From Rhina ancylostomus (taxonomy: Eukaryota): a stretch of DNA of 64,000 nt. The position numbers and the translations under genes were made by a program. Below are positions 39,397-54,500 of this stretch, one piece after another (position 1 is the stretch's first letter; each line of letters begins with the position of its first letter). Under the pieces are notes generated by a model, which saw nothing but the letters and a program-made list of their open reading frames with translations, made no database searches and had not been told where the DNA came from. The stretch is taken from the NCBI GenBank assembly GCA_030265395.1, contig JARFYF010000017.1:22919937-22983936 (forward strand). The letters run 5' to 3'.

Positions 39397-40849
39397 TTAC
39401 TTCAAACAAACTGTATTTAGAATGCACAATGAGTTTTAAAATGGATAGCCAGAAAGAAAGATGACTTTCATCTGTCTGGGCTAGATTTGAATAGACTGCA
39501 AAATCCAGCAATATGAAAATGTCATTGCATCACTTTAATTTAATCCAGTTTAAAAAGTAATTTATGATTGCTATGACCTTTCCAATTCAGTCATTATCTC
39601 TGATAATGAAATTTCCTTTGAAATATTGGAGCACTTTGTGAATGGATGGTGGAAGCTGCTGAACCGATTCAGGTCCCGACACCCAGTTGTTAAAACCTAA
39701 CAGATTAGTGAAGGAAAATTGTCATCCTTGAGGCTTCATTTAGACATTTACTACTTCGGGGTCAAGCTCATTAATGTTTAAGATTCCAATAAGTTTATTC
39801 AATGGATTTGAACCTCTTCCTTCCAATGTACATACACCCAAACACAAGTTGTTGAAAACAGATAAGCACAGACCTTAAACTAAATCTTAAGTAAAACATT
39901 TAGATTACAATCCAATTCATTGCATCCACCAAAGCAATTATTTTTATGAAGCAGATGTTGATCCAAATTTCACATGGATTTCTGTTTCCACACTCTGCAC
40001 TCACTCCTGTTCTTGCTTAGATCAAGGATGTGTTCCTTTCACTGAGGAATGGAAGATGTATTTCCCAGGGAGGGAGAGGTACAATACAAGTGTCCCTGGA
40101 GGGAGGGCTAATAATACAAGCATATAATTCCCTGGGAGTACACAAGGGATGAAGATGGTGAAGAAGTGAGATGCGCTTGGTCTTGCAAGATGAATCTGCT
40201 CCCATTCACTGGGAAATAACATGTTGGGTGCCAGCAATAAACTGCAATCGCCCAAACTGGACAGCACTGCAGTGGAGGGGAAGGGAGTAAGCTGAAGATT
40301 CTCCCAAGGCTTTCTGGAGGAAGTCTGGGAGCTCCAGACTGGGCCCTTGGCTTCACTTCTACAATCATAATAATGGAAACAGTAATCCGGCATAGCCTTT
40401 CCCAAATGCTCAGTGAACAGCCGAACCTTGCAGATCAGGAAGATGTGACCATATCCATGCTGCTGCTGGCTAGGACAATAATAAGGATACTTGAATAGCC
40501 TTATGAGCTTCTGGGTTAAGAAGGGTGAAAAGAAGATCAAATAAAAGAAATAACCAAGGAATCCCATTGCTGATCTTCATCCAATGATCCTTGTTAGAAG
40601 CGGACACTCCTGCCACCATCTACCCTGCAGTGGAACTATCAAATTGTCTGTCCTGTGATTAGGGAAATGTTCTTGGTGAAAAATCTATGAAAGGGAGTTT
40701 ATGGAAGTCAATTCGACACGAGTTCAAATCATTTATTGAAAGAAGGGCTGGGAATTCTTACAGGCTAACTCTCCATGACTGGCAGGTGCTATAAGTGCCT
40801 TGAAGGCACGTTCCGTGTGAATGGAAAATCAGCATGGAGCAGGCTCCCA

Positions 40850-41335
40850 AATTACTCATTTGGCTCCTACTCAACCAACGTTGCTCCTACAAGCAATTTG
40901 AGACATTCATGAGATCAGGTGACATTTCACAATGTGCATTTACCATCATAAAACTGAGAATAATGCAGGAGCTCCATATCTCCCACTCCCTCTGCATATT
41001 TTACACACACATTGCTACTCCTTTTCCTTAACCTGCCACAAATAATTGTGTGAAGCAGCTAAAATGACCCAGCATTTCAATGTAATGTCCAAGGAAAATG
41101 TCCTCTCGGAGAACAACTTCAACAAACTGCATGCTTAGGAAGGTAAAAACAGGGGAGTTCCTTCAATCTCCAACATCATTAGCATGGACCAAACACAAGA
41201 TGCCTGCCACATACAGCTCCATGGACCATCCACATGTCCCAAAATGGAGAACAAATTTTTACTATTAAGCATACAATTAAAGGAGCTCTTGATGCTAAAG
41301 TCTTCAGTTTTCACTGATCCATCCAAAAGTCAACA
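40850..41335 (+). mobile_element. Possible PIF/Harbinger transposase remnant
   Basis: DACHIQLHGPS...LLSIQLKELL...FTD resembles the HARBI1-type D-G-x-H-I...SIQLQ...FTD segment. Confidence 0.45.
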
Positions 41336-42014
41336 CTTAGATAATTTCAGTATTAATCGTGCTTTCACCATTCATAAGACCGTAACATAGAGGAACCCAT
41401 CGAGTCTGCTCCGTCATTCAGTTGTAATAAAGCTGCCTTAGCTGGGTACAAGTTAATGAAGAATGTCCATCGAAAGGTGGAACAGTGCATGACGTGTTAA
41501 GGAATCTGATCCCATGCAAAGCAGCAGCTGGCCTATGATTGTGTCTGATGCCAGGGAGATGATGGGGTGGGAGGGAAACCAGTAAAGTTTCCTACTTATT
41601 AGAGCCTGGAAGGAGAATGTTGGACGAGTTAACCCAAGCCAGCTCTGTAGGAGCAATCCAATCATTCCTGTCCCCCTTCCCCTGTCACCCTGCAATCTTC
41701 CTCCTTTCAGTGTCCATCCTTTTGAAAACTCCATTACACGATGGCTATACTCTAAAATTCTTTCCATTTCCCACTGCCCCTACAAGCAGTGAATTGCAGA
41801 TCATGCTTACTGATTACGTATATATATATTTTTTCCACTTATCAACCTTTACTTATTCACTCATAACCAGCGTGTCTTTTGGGAGCTGGGAGGAAACCAG
41901 AGCACCCAACGGAAACCCTTGTATCACTTCAAATCCTCTGCTCCTTGACTCATCCCTTTTTGGCGTACTACATAGATCATTCATAGTTTTGCATGTTTCA
42001 TCTCCCTACTTGAA

Positions 42015-42432
42015 GTCATAGAGCAATACAGCGCGGATACAGGCCCTTCGGCCCAACCAGTCCACGCCGACCACGGTGCCCACCCAGCTAGTCCCAGTTT
42101 CCTGCGTTCATACCATATCCCGCCAAACCCTGCCCCTCCATGTATCTATCCAAGTGCTTCTTAAATGATACTATTGTACCTGCCTCACCCAATTCCTCTG
42201 GCAGCTCATTCCATATACTCACACCCTCTGTGTGGAAAAAGTTGCCCCTTAGATCCCTTTTAACTTTTTCCCCTCTCACGCTAAATATATGCCCCCTAGT
42301 TTTGGACTCCCCTACCCTGGGGAAAAGACTGTTACCATCCACCTTATCAGACCAGAACTGTACACAGTACTCCAAGTACGGCCTCGCCAACGATTTATAC
42401 AACTGCAGTGTAATGTCCCAGCTCCTGTACTT
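42015..42432 (-). mobile_element. Relatively young CR1 3' fragment with an internal deletion
   Basis: LYKSLARPYLEYCVQFWS is joined directly to DKVDGNSLFPRVGESKTRGH...WNELPEE...FKKHLDRYM. The 3' UTR is CpG-rich. Confidence 0.92.
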
Positions 42433-42654
42433 TGATATGTTACAGCATGATCTTTTGTATCCACTGGAGTGGGTTTTGTTTTGAAGTCTCACCTCCTGAT
42501 TATTGACCTTTGGATCCTCTTGGCATGAGTGAGCTTGGCTGTGCGATCCCTCTGGTGAATCCCTTTGTGGGCATAAAATCTGTTGATGTTTTGAATGTCA
42601 TGTTCACAGAATAGGCACTCTTTCAATGTTGCGGAGCCCCTATGCTGTCAGGAA

Positions 42655-43015
42655 AGGGCTGTATGGTGACGCAGCAGTCAGTGCTGCTGCCTCACAGCTC
42701 CAATTTGATTGTGACCTCTGGTGTTGTCTTTGTGGAGTTTGCATGTTCTCTCTGTGACCCTGTAGGCTTCCTCCATGTGCTCCAGTTTCCTCCCTTCCCA
42801 AAGACATGATTTAAGATCATTGGCTACTGTAAGTTACCCCTTGGTTTAGGTTAATGGGGAAGAAAGAATTAGAGGAGTTGATAGGCATGTGTGTGAGAGA
42901 ATAAATTGCAGGGGTACAGGGAAATAAGGAGAGGGGGAAATGGGACAAGTAGACCTGCTCCCCTTGGAGCTGGCAGAGACTCAGTGGGCCAAATGGATTC
43001 CTTTGGTGTCATCGT
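42655..43015 (+). mobile_element. tRNA-derived V-SINE (HE1-like) with CR1-like tail
   Basis: GTGCTGCTGCCTCACAGCTCC head, V-domain TGTGGAGTTTGCATGTTCTC...GTTTCCTCCC..CCCAAAGAC, and tail GGGCCAAATGG. Confidence 0.8.
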
Positions 43016-44085
43016 GTTTCTCAGCATCTCCGTGAGAAGAAACGGGCAAATGTTTGTCAAAGAACTTGCGTCATAGTCGACTATCCCTCTGTGCTGCCAC
43101 AGATGCTGCCTGACCCACTGAGATCCGTTCGGCTCTACATCCCTCACTGCCTGACCCACTGAGAGCCTTCTTACTCCACACCCCAGCATCTGCAGTCTCT
43201 GTGTCTGTCTTGTGTTATAGTTCACTTACTTGATCTTAAATCAATTTACAGCAAAGAGCTTTGAAGCATAGCCATCTCGTAATGCAGGAAGNNNNNNNNN
43301 NNNNNNNNNNNNNNNNNNNNNNNNNNNNNNNNNNNNNNNNNNNNNNNNNNNNNNNNNNNNNNNNNNNNNNNNNNNNNNNNNNNNNNNNNNNGTAGCAGAT
43401 TCAATAGTAAGTATGAACATGGAATTGGATTAATGCTTAGTTGTAAATAATTGAAGGGTTGTGGGGAAAGGGAATGGAAATAGTTAAATAGCTCTTTCAC
43501 AGAACTGGCAAAAATGATGGGTATCTGTGTGGTATATGATAGAGTGCTGTAATTCTAAAATATGTCTTTTTGTATTTCTCTTGAAATCTGAAGGCAGATA
43601 TTACACAAAATATGTGCAGTTAAAATGCCTCATGAGATGTTATTAGTCCATTTAAAATAAACTGGGCAAAAGGGTATGAAATATGTTGTGTTATTTATCA
43701 TTAAAGTTATAGCAAGTAATGTGACCATTAACTAATTGAAAAATAATCTTTTAGATATTAATGTGAAAGAATTTCAACAAATCGAAATTCTACTAATAGT
43801 TAATTTTCAGATTGTGGAACATGCAAAGTACTAGTTGAGTAATTTAATTCTATAGCCAAGCAGGCTATTTATTGACCAGGGAATGACTCATTATTCTGTG
43901 TTATTTTTAACTTGCTGGTTTACATGTTCATACAAAATAAAGCTCAGATACTTTCTGTGTTGAGATTGCCAATATAATAATGATATCATCAACACTACAT
44001 GCAGCAAACCTTTGTTCTTAGCTTTTGTAGTAAGGTTGACAAATACCCAGTGTGACATTGGGAGTTCTTTTTCCTGCTCATCCAG

Positions 44086-44175
44086 GTCATCAAGAACAAC
44101 CTGAATCCTGTGTGGGAGTCATTTAAAGTTTCCCTGAGTTCACTTTGCAGTTGTGATGAAAAGAGACAGCTAAAG
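44086..44175 (+). CDS. CPNE7: Copine-7-like coding exon (C2B), 90 bp
   Basis: catccag|GTC...AAG|gtaggg. Encodes VIKNNLNPVWESFKVSLSSLCSCDEKRQLK. Confidence 0.95.
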
Positions 44176-45772
44176 GTAGGGATTGGTGTAGAATACTGTC
44201 TGTTACATGACTGGTCAAAAGAGCACTTGCTGTGCAGCAGAACAAAAGGCATTGTTTGCTGAAGAATACTTTTATCCATGCTATTGGAAAATCCCCATGC
44301 CTCGAGACTCGGACAGAAGGGTAAAGGTGATTCATATCATTTCCATGGAACCTCCTTCTCTTACAGACACCTTATAATATTTAACTTATTCCCTAGATAT
44401 AAAATTAACCTTCAGATCAACCTCTTGTTGCAAGAAAGACCTTTTTTAAAAAAATGACCATTGCAACTGATAGCAGGTTAAAATGGTACTTCATTGTATA
44501 AAGGTGAATGGTTATGTGCTCCATTGTCAGCTGTCAGCAGTGGGCACAGTTAAGTTTGATGAGCAACATGCAGATGTTTGTACCAACACTTTTTTTTATG
44601 TTCATCTTCTCTATGAGAAGAAATTGATTTATGTAGAATAATAAGATTTGCAAATCTCTCACAGAGTTCCGTATCTTGCTCTATCTTCAGCTCTACTTTG
44701 AGGTAGTGAAGCAGCCATAGAGATCAGTCTTGTAATTCCACTTAGCTACATCAATAGGCAAACATAACCTTGTGCTTATGGGATTAATGTAGACTTTAGT
44801 TCAATGGTCTACTGATATAACCATTGAAATCTCTGTAGTGTTTGTTTGCTTTAATGATCAAATTAATTTTTAGCATTTTTGACACCTTGTTTATAACAAA
44901 TAAGCTATACCAGTAAGAAAAAAAGTACTGAGTCACGTTCATCTGTGGAAGTTAACCAGATTTCCTTATTTCTGTTTTTATTACTGCTTTCCTTTGTTCC
45001 ATTTTCATTAAACTGAGCATCTGCCACTTAACACTACAGTGCCACACTGACTTTTCATTCGACTAGATAAGAGAACTAAGCTTTAAATAGTAGCTGGCCA
45101 GAATGCTTGTTTCTTTAACAATGCATGGAGCAATTTGAGATCTTTACAAATCTTCAATGACAGCAGTTTTAAATTGCAAGCATTAAGGTCACTGTCCAAA
45201 GTCCATGGCCCACTTTGAATAAGTAGACTGTCCAGTGATGACATCATCGAAGGACTCATGCGCCGGTTTAAACTGAGTTGAAATGTGCTGGATACAGGAG
45301 GAGGTCCAACACTATTCCTTTAATGCCAGCAGGGAAGCCTCAGACAAGGGTTTCCAGACATTGGGATTAAAGCTGCCCCCCCCAACACCAGTCCCACCTA
45401 CTTCCACTACTACATCACAGTCCTGGACTTCTGTATAAAGTCCCACCAATCCACTCAAATTTGCCAGCTTTTTGTTCCTGATTCCCAAAGGCTGTGTATT
45501 GCTGGATAATATTAAAAGCTCAACAGCTGCTTCTGTCAACTTCTTGGCTGTTCTGACATCCTGTTGATGAATTAATTCCTCCCAGTTTCTATGCAGATTG
45601 TATCACTTCATTGTTAACCTTTACCTTGAATATGTTGTTTTTGTCATTAGATTTCAACTGGCTTTAATCTGTCCTTACACTCATAGCCCTCTTCCTATTT
45701 AACCATGTTTCTTACTTTTAATTCATTATCATGACCAAATTTTGATATTGTTATTCTATGTGCCCAACATAA

Positions 45773-45943
<171 letters not shown>

Positions 45944-46675
45944 TGAGGAGATACCACACTGATTGATGGATAGTGGGGCAAAGATTTCAGAAGACTCATG
46001 AGTGCTGATTTAACTGGATTTTATGCATGATATCCCAGACACATTTTTGTCCAATCTGATAGGATGGCAATGCACAAATCACTTGCGCACACTGCAGAGC
46101 CGGTAGATTATGAAGTCAATCTTTGTATAATTCTGATGCTCACGGGGTTAGATTAGGCTATGCTGACCAAGCTAATGCCAAGAGTTAAGCCCAATGGCGA
46201 ATTCAGCAACCAGTCCCAGAAAGAACCACCCCTTCTCTCCAGCCCTGTGCCTTCTCAGAGATCCTCATTTACTTACTGGTTTGTTGGTGATTGTCTGGAA
46301 GGAGAGTTGGTTATCAGTATTTGCTGGGATATTGCTCCAGTCCACAAAGTCTCTAGAGAGTAACATGGCTGAAGACACACTTAAAACTTAGCCTAAACTT
46401 GTTACTGCCAAACATATAGACTTTGGTGGGTTTTTTTTCCGGTGTGAAACATAATAGAGAAGAGGAGGATGAGGGTCAGAGAGCAAGGCACAACCCTGGA
46501 CAAAGGTGGAAGGGCAGGGGGTGGGGCAAGGGATCCCACCATGAGACTCTGTCTCCAAGAATTTATCAAGAGCTCTTCTCCTCCATGTGACATCTATGTG
46601 GACATGAGCAATGCATAATGACACTGTGCTGGAAGAAGATGCCTACAGAGGTCTGCCACATAATGCAGGCACATC

Positions 46676-47040
46676 CACAGTTGCTTAGTGGCACTGCAGT
46701 TAGTACTGCTACTCCTCAACTCCAGGGTCGCAGGATCAATCCTGACCTTGCATGCTCATGCTGCCTGCTTATTGTTCATCAATTTTCTCTGTGACCGTGA
46801 CTGGTTCGGTTTCCTCCCACATCCCAAAGATGTGCTGGTTGATTAATTGGCCACTGTAAATTATCCCTTAGTGTAGGTTAGTGGCAAAGTGAATCAGAGG
46901 GGAGCTGGTGGGCATGTGTGAGAGAGAATACATTGCAGGGATACAGTGAAACAAGAGGGGGAATGGAACCAATGGGGTTATTGCCCTGGAAGCAGGAATG
47001 AACCTAATGGGTCAGATGGTCTCCTTCTATATCTTCATAA
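46676..47040 (+). mobile_element. V-SINE copy related to 42655..43015
   Basis: Shares GGTTTCCTCCCACATCCCAAAGA, TTGGCCACTGTAAATT and GGCATGTGTGAGAGAATA with the 42655 copy. Confidence 0.75.
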
Positions 47041-47629
47041 GATGAATGGAACCAGAACTTCATTGGCAGAGGCAGTGGATCATACTCTGTCCAGGGACAC
47101 CCAAATTCATTGTGTTTTCCTTGGGCAATTGACAGCAGCAGGAATTGCAGTAGATTGAGATCTTCTTAATTGAACAAGAATGCATCAACTGCACCTTCAG
47201 CTTTGGAAAGCCACTCATGGATCCAGAGATCACAGAAGCCACAAAGAAATGTTCAACATATGTGGTCTGCGACTATATACAAATAATTATAATAGCCATT
47301 ATTTTTTCTATGGAGCAGTCATGACTCATTCATCCTACAAATGTCCTCAGCACCCTTTATATTTCCAAGTAGCCACCCATTGTGGTGGCTACTTGGAAAC
47401 AAAATATATCCTTGGAACACCTCATTCCTTGTAGAGATGTGAAGCCAGCAAGGTGATAATATGCCATTGACAATAGGTTTCTTGGCACCAGAACATAGAC
47501 CAAACTGTTGGTGTCTTAAAGCAATGCTAACCTTACTTGGAATGCTTGTAGAAGGCTGGCAGTGTGCTGCCAAGCAAGTGTCAGGTGTCAAAGTTAGTCT
47601 ATACTAACAAAATTAGTGGAGACGATACT

Positions 47630-47930
47630 TCCATTAGTAGGGGAGTCTAACATCTAAGGGCACTGCCTCAGAATAGAAGGATGTCCCATTAAAACTGAGA
47701 TAAGGAGGAATTTCTTCAGCTAGGGAATGGTGAATCTGTGGAATTTGTTGCCACAGAGGGCTGTGGAGGCCATCATTGGGTGTATTTAAGGCAGAGATTG
47801 ACAGGTTCTTGATTGGTAAAGGAGTTAAGGGTTACGGGGAGAAGGCAGGAGAATGAGGTTAAAAGAAATCAGCCATGATTGAATGGCGGAGCAGACTCAA
47901 TGGGCCAAATGGCTCCAATGTCTTATGGTC
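47630..47930 (+). mobile_element. CR1 LINE 3' end
   Basis: AGGAGGAATTTCTTCAGC...GTGAATCTGTGGAATT...GAATGGCGGAGCAGACTCAATGGGCCAAATGG. Confidence 0.85.
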
Positions 47931-48079
47931 TATACATTCTAACAATAAGACTGTATTCAGCCCTGACCAGTAGAAGGAGGAGCAGGTTGAAGGCAAAGGC
48001 TCCTTACTAGCTGGGCATTCAGAAGACAGTGTTAATATTTAATTAAATAGAATCCTAATCCCATTAGCAGCTTCTCAAA

Positions 48080-48850
48080 GAATGTGGCTGGATGCAGGAG
48101 GACCTGGTTGCCTATCATGCTTGGGCTGATAAATAGTTGCACCAGAGGTAATGCCCATCTCCAACAGACAAGGCTCCAGCAGCCTCCCTTTGACATTAAA
48201 TGGTATCACTTTCACCAAATACTCCATGATCCACATCCAGGAGGTCAGCATTGAGCAGAAACTTAAATGGAGCAGCCATATCAATGCTGTGCAACGAGAG
48301 CTGGTCAGATGCTGGATAATCTTTGTTGATTGACTCACTTCCAAATACCCAAATTTTTCCACCATCTACAAAGAATTTCTTCCACCTTTCCATATAAAAG
48401 CAGTTCCAGAAATACTTAAGTTCAACCCCATTCAGGACAAAGGAGCTCACTTGATTTGCATCCCTTTCACCAGCCAACATTCACTCATGCCAGCACCAGT
48501 ACATTGACACTACTGTGTATCAGATAAGAACATATAGTAGCAACTCACCGGGATTTCTTCACGTTTCCTCCCNNNNNNNNNNNNNNNNNNNNNNNNNNNN
48601 NNNNNNNNNNNNNNNNNNNNNNNNNNNNNNNNNNNNNNNNNNNNNNNNNNNNNNNNNNNNNNNNNNNNNNNNACTCACCGGGATTTCTTCACGTTTCCTC
48701 CCAAACCCACTCCCTCTGCCACCCAGAACGATGATGGCAGCAGTTGCATTGGAACACCAGCAATCCCACAGTCTCCTCCGAATCACAAAACATCTTAACT
48801 TGGAACTTGCCATGCTTCCTCTGCTGTCACCAGGTCAAATTCTCACGGCT
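48080..48850 (+). mobile_element. Old CR1/L2-group LINE 3' region; minus-strand relatives near 6650..6830 and 51950..53600
   Basis: MPISNR...PLTLNGITF...IEQKLKWSSHIN, the post-RT region of a CR1-group LINE. Confidence 0.6.
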
Positions 48851-50023
48851 CTCTACTCTCACCACCTCTTACTTTCCTTCTATTTCTCATTACCTTCATG
48901 TCTTCTCAATTGATATGGCTTTAGTGTTTGCAATGTTTTTCCCTGGAGCTGGTTAATTTCTGATTTACCTCAGCACCTTGATGCTGACAATTGGTCAAAC
49001 CCTGCCTCGATATCAAGGGCAGTCATTGCGACCTCACCTATGGAATTCAGCTCTTTGGTCTGATCCATTGCTCAGCTTTGTCTGTTCCATGCTGTCTTCT
49101 ACTCTTTTGTTGCAGTTTCACTTGGCTGGCACCTGATCATTTTTAGGTATCTCTGCTGCTGCTCCCTGCATGCCCTTCTGCACACCTATCGAACCAAGGT
49201 TGATCTCCTGGCTTATTAGGAATGGCAGATTGAGTGATATGCCAGGCCAAGAGGTATTGTGAAATAAACAGCACAAGTTCTGGGAAAGAACAGTATGCAG
49301 GATTAATTCAATGTTAAATTAAAAGAGAGAAGGGAAAACTCTTGCCACACTTCTGTGAGGGCACAAACAAGATTTAACTTTCTGTGGGAAGTTTACCTTG
49401 GGTTTGTGTCAATAATACAACAATATCACACCACTTGAGTTGTTTCAGTGGGGAGGCAGGCAGCAATATGCTTTTCTCAAAAAGCTAATGTTGGGTTCAC
49501 AACACAGATAGAGTTTGGGGATTTTGGAGTTGGAACAGTATGCAACCCTCTCTGAAGCTGCTGGTCTTATGTGTGTTATTTGTCTGATGGTTAATTAGAC
49601 ACCAAACCTTGACTCATACTTATAAAAACACAGTCTGTTGTATGCTAGATTGATTGGGCAACATCATTAACTGATAAAGTGCTGAACCTGTGAGTGACTG
49701 TACTGGAGTTCAGCATTGAATTGTCTGTTCTGTTATCAGTGGCTGAATTTTTGTTCCAGCTACTACATCAGTTGCTTCATGTTATGATCTAAGCTGTTAG
49801 TGGCATTCCCCACTGTTGGGTTATTTAACTTGATGCATGCATAGTGAATATTTAAATGCTTCCATCCTCAAGTAACACACAGCTTGTCTTTATGTGCATG
49901 ACAACCATTTTGTCAGCATACATTTCTAAACCCAAAGGTATATCAGACAACATTTCAGAACGCATTTAGAATTGCAAATGATCTGTTGTGAGTGTCAGAT
50001 TGGCTTATATAATGATTTAGTAA

Positions 50024-50161
<138 letters not shown>

Positions 50162-51480
50162 TAAGCTTGGAATCACCATGATGTATGTAAAGACTAATCA
50201 AGAGGTTAATTTTTTTCTATGAAACACCACTTNNNNNNNNNNNNNNNNNNNNNNNNNNNNNNNNNNNNNNNNNNNNNNNNNNNNNNNNNNNNNNNNNNNN
50301 NNNNNNNNNNNNNNNNNNNNNNNNNNNNNNNNGACGACAGTTCAAAAATGGTTCAATGGCTGGGCTATGCTTTGTGACATTCTGGGAACTTAAAGGCATG
50401 AGATTACTGCAAAATCTTTCTGTCCTGTTCTTGTCCAGGAAATTCTCAATGGATGTGCCCCATACAGATCACAACCATTGGCACAAGTAGCAGCATTAAT
50501 ACTGGAGAAATTATTTATGAGACATATTTTGTTTGTTCCTCCCAAAACAGTTTATAGGAACATAAGAAACAGCATCATTCAATAGGATCATGGCTGAGCT
50601 TTTACCTTAGAGGTACTTTCCTCCATTAACCTATTACTTCTTGATTCCCTTAATATCTAAAAATTGATCTCAGTCTTTTTTGTTCTCTCGATTAAAAAGC
50701 ATTGATTTACTTGCACCAATTTAACTCAATATTCTTATGGAAATTCAGAAAAAATAGAAATCCAAAATTCCCTCCAAAGCCTTTCCATGTCCAATTTGTG
50801 CTGTGGGTGAATTTCTAACATGCTGATGTTACTTAATTGAAAATAAAACACTGAATTAAAGAGTGATAGGCTGTGAAAAGGCTATGAATCACATTTGTTC
50901 AATAGTCTAAGATTTCTATCATCGGTGTTATGCATTTTTTATGAGCAGCTTTCTAAAATTATTCAAGGAGCTTCTGCTAAAGAGATCATCCTAACTAATG
51001 TATTTTGTTTCACTCAGGCCCCACAATCAACAGGAAATCAGGAGGAGCCAGTATGAAAGAAAACTTGATTTAAAGCACAATTTTATTAAAAGCAACCTAC
51101 CGTAGTTACATCAGAACTTTTGCTGAAAAATTTGCATTCAAAAATATTGAGACTAAAATTGTGTTAACAGTCAAACTGAAGTTTATAATGAGGGAAAACA
51201 TTCACACAAGCTTCACTTAGGACTAACACATGATCCATACCTTTATAAGCCTTTAAGCAAATTGTTACTCATTTCTGTCAAGCAATATTTTTTTCTCACA
51301 TTCATCAGTGATGAAATGGTATTATTAAAATAAAATAAAGCTAATAAGACACCTAATCCATTTGGACTGCATTAATCCAAAATTAAATAGGTGTAATTGA
51401 TAATAATCAATCATTTGAACAGGTTGAGAGGTCTTTTTTAGGAAAAATTATTAGTCATTGTATATTGTGCGTTGAACTGA

Positions 51481-51591
<111 letters not shown>

Positions 51592-54500
51592 TAGTTATGT
51601 TTTTAAACCCTCTTCCCCATATTGATGTTCCTCTGCCCTTGAAGATGGATGCTTGATTGTTTTTGAATTGTTGAAAATGAACATTAATTATAAGTTTGCC
51701 AAAGGTTTGGAGGTGTAATGTTATTGACACTTTCTGATTTCCAAGCTAAGGGTGGCTGCTTACAAAATTGTGAAACAGTTGCGCTTTACTTTTGCTCAAG
51801 TTATGACCATAAAATGAAAGATGAAGCAGTGGCCATTAAATGGGAGGGTGCTGTTGATCCCAGTTTTATTTGAACATATTCATTTTTATGCAAGGCCAGG
51901 AGTCAACCTATAACTGCAGAAAGGCCTTTGTTGCTTAGGAATATGACTGTTAGGATCATTGGCATCTTATGTCCCTCTCTAAATACCACCTTCTTCAATC
52001 AGTACAATTAGTGCAGTGTAGCTAATGCTGTTGGGTATTGAGTCCCAGGAATTTGATCCAGTGAAAATAAAGAAACAGCAGTAAATTTCTGGAAAGATGA
52101 TAGAAAGTGAACTTCCAGGAGGCAGCATTTCCATGTGTCTGGTTTCCTTCTCTTTTTGGATAGTGCCATTGGTGAATTTGGGAGAGGTTGTTGAAGAAAC
52201 TATCACATATTGCTGCAGTGTATTTTGTAGATGGTAAACACTATAATCATGGTGGAGGGAGTGAATGCTTCAGATGGTGGAAGAAGTGCTTTGTCCTGGA
52301 TGACACTGAACACGTTAAGTGTTGTTGGAATTGCACTCGTACAGAGAAGTGGAAAGTATTCCGTCACATTCCTGACCTGTACATTCTAGGGTGAATTATT
52401 CAACACAGGACATCGATCTGGCTCTGACATCTGTCACCACATTCATTTGGCTAGGACTGATTCAGCTGATCTGGCCCCTTCCCTCACAATTTTATGTGCA
52501 TCCCTCCTGAAGCTCAGTGCTTGGCCGCAGAGGATGTCTCCCTGGACAAGGATCCCTTCGCTGGTCTAGGGTATTTGACGCAGCTTCTTCCTGCTAGACT
52601 AAACCTCTGAGACCAGTTGTACGCCTACACAGGGAAGTTGTGCTCCAAGACTTTAAGGGACTGCAAGGGCAATCTGCTGTTCTTTACAAAAAAAGATACC
52701 AAGCCTCTCACCTGGTCTTGCAGACACAGAATTTAGATGGCTAGTCCAGTTAATTTTCCAGTCATTGGTGACCCAGAGGGTCATTGATATTGGAGAATTC
52801 AATGACGGAAGTAATTTTGACTTTCTTTTGTTAGAACTGTGCATTCTTTTGTGAATATCCCCATTTATAATAGAGAGAAAATCATGAAGTTATTTGGTCC
52901 ATGAGGAGCTTCTACAACAATGTCCAGGGTATCAGGTGCTTGAACAACAACCTTCACCAGCCTCCATTATGATGGGTGTGACCCCAGTCAGTGGTGTTGC
53001 TTTCCCTCTTGATTCCCATTGATATCAACACTGCTACTTAATGCTACTCAAGAAAACACTGTCTCAAGGACCACTAGTCTCACTTCCCTAGTGGAATTAA
53101 TTGGAATGTACTCTCATAGGATGTGCATGTTGATGCCTATCCCTAATTGCCATTGAGACAGTGATAAGAAGCTATCTAAACTACTGCATTAATTGTGATG
53201 AAGGTACTCCTGCATGCTGTTTAATAAGGAGTTTCTGGAATTTTCCTTGGGACACTGAAGGAATAACTATAAATTGCCAAGTCAGAATGGTATATGAATC
53301 AAAGGGGAACTTGGAGATCCCTTCATAGATGCTGCCTGACCAGCTGAGTTCCTCCAGTATCTTGTGTGTGTTGCTCCAGATTTCCAGCATCTGCAGAATC
53401 TTTTGGACCTCCCTTTTGGTCCATGCACCTGCTGTCTTTGCCTTCTAGTGGGAGGGGTTGTGGGTTTGGCAAGTACTTTCCCAAAAGCAGTTCATTTATT
53501 CACAATGGGGTCAATGCTTATTGAGGTTTGGAGGTGGTATATCTAGGATGACCATCAGATATGTGAGCTGGTTTATTGGTGAGTGAGTGCTGTTTGAGAG
53601 CACTATCAACAACAGCTGCCATTTTGCTAATGGGAACAGTAATTAGCCAAATTGGATTTGTCCTTTTTATGGTTAGGAAATACCTTGGAAAATTGCTTCA
53701 AGATACCTTAATGCTGTTGACAGCAGTAGTTTAAGCAACAGCATTTTTGACATTTGACATGCATGCTATTAGAGCTAACCCTGTTGTGTCATTGGTCAAT
53801 GGAATGTTTTCAAGCTCTGTTTAGCTTGTATGTTTACAGGCCTACTGTTATTCCTTCTCAAATTCACCTTGACATCTTTCCCCCAAGTTGTTTGCAGTGT
53901 ATAAATAGTGGCGGTGTTACAAATTTCCAATCTTGAGTGAACATTAATTAGCCATGTGTTGTTTTGGACTGTTATATAAGTAACAGTGGCAATCTTTAAT
54001 TTGGCTGGGACAACTGCAGGAGAAACCTACAACATTGTACAAATTGGAAGTACTTTTGCTGTTGATTTTTGTTTGATTTAGATGGGCCCTGAAATTCAAC
54101 ACATCATCATAATACTGCCAGTTTTGTACTTGGTAGATGAAGTGAGCTTTGGAGTTGGATCTGTAGCTCCTCTACATGTTTTATTAGCATCCCAATTCTG
54201 ATGGAAGTGAGGCAGGTGGATGAACACATGCCAATAAATTTGGCAACTTTGAATGGGAACACACTACTCACCCTGCTTTTAATCAGATCCAACCCTGATT
54301 TTTCCCATTTTAGATGTGTTTATTTGTCTAACAATCTTACCTGAATTTGCAGATGAAGATGGATGTGATGCCTGAAGGACAAAGTGTTTATGGTTATTTG
54401 GAAGAAGTAGTTTTCTGGCTATAATATTGTTCTGATTGCATCTTTTTCAGCCTTTGTTTTTTTTTGAAAGATTCATCTTGAAATCCTAATTCATCTGGAG

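Noticed and set aside
40022-40567. 181-aa minus-strand ORF
   Set aside because: No recognisable domain or splice structure. It is likely a chance ORF in decayed repeat DNA.
48544-48702. Identical ~30-bp direct repeat ACTCACCGGGATTTCTTCACGTTTCCTCCC on both sides of a 100-N gap
   Set aside because: This is the usual signature of unmerged overlapping contig ends, so an assembly artefact.
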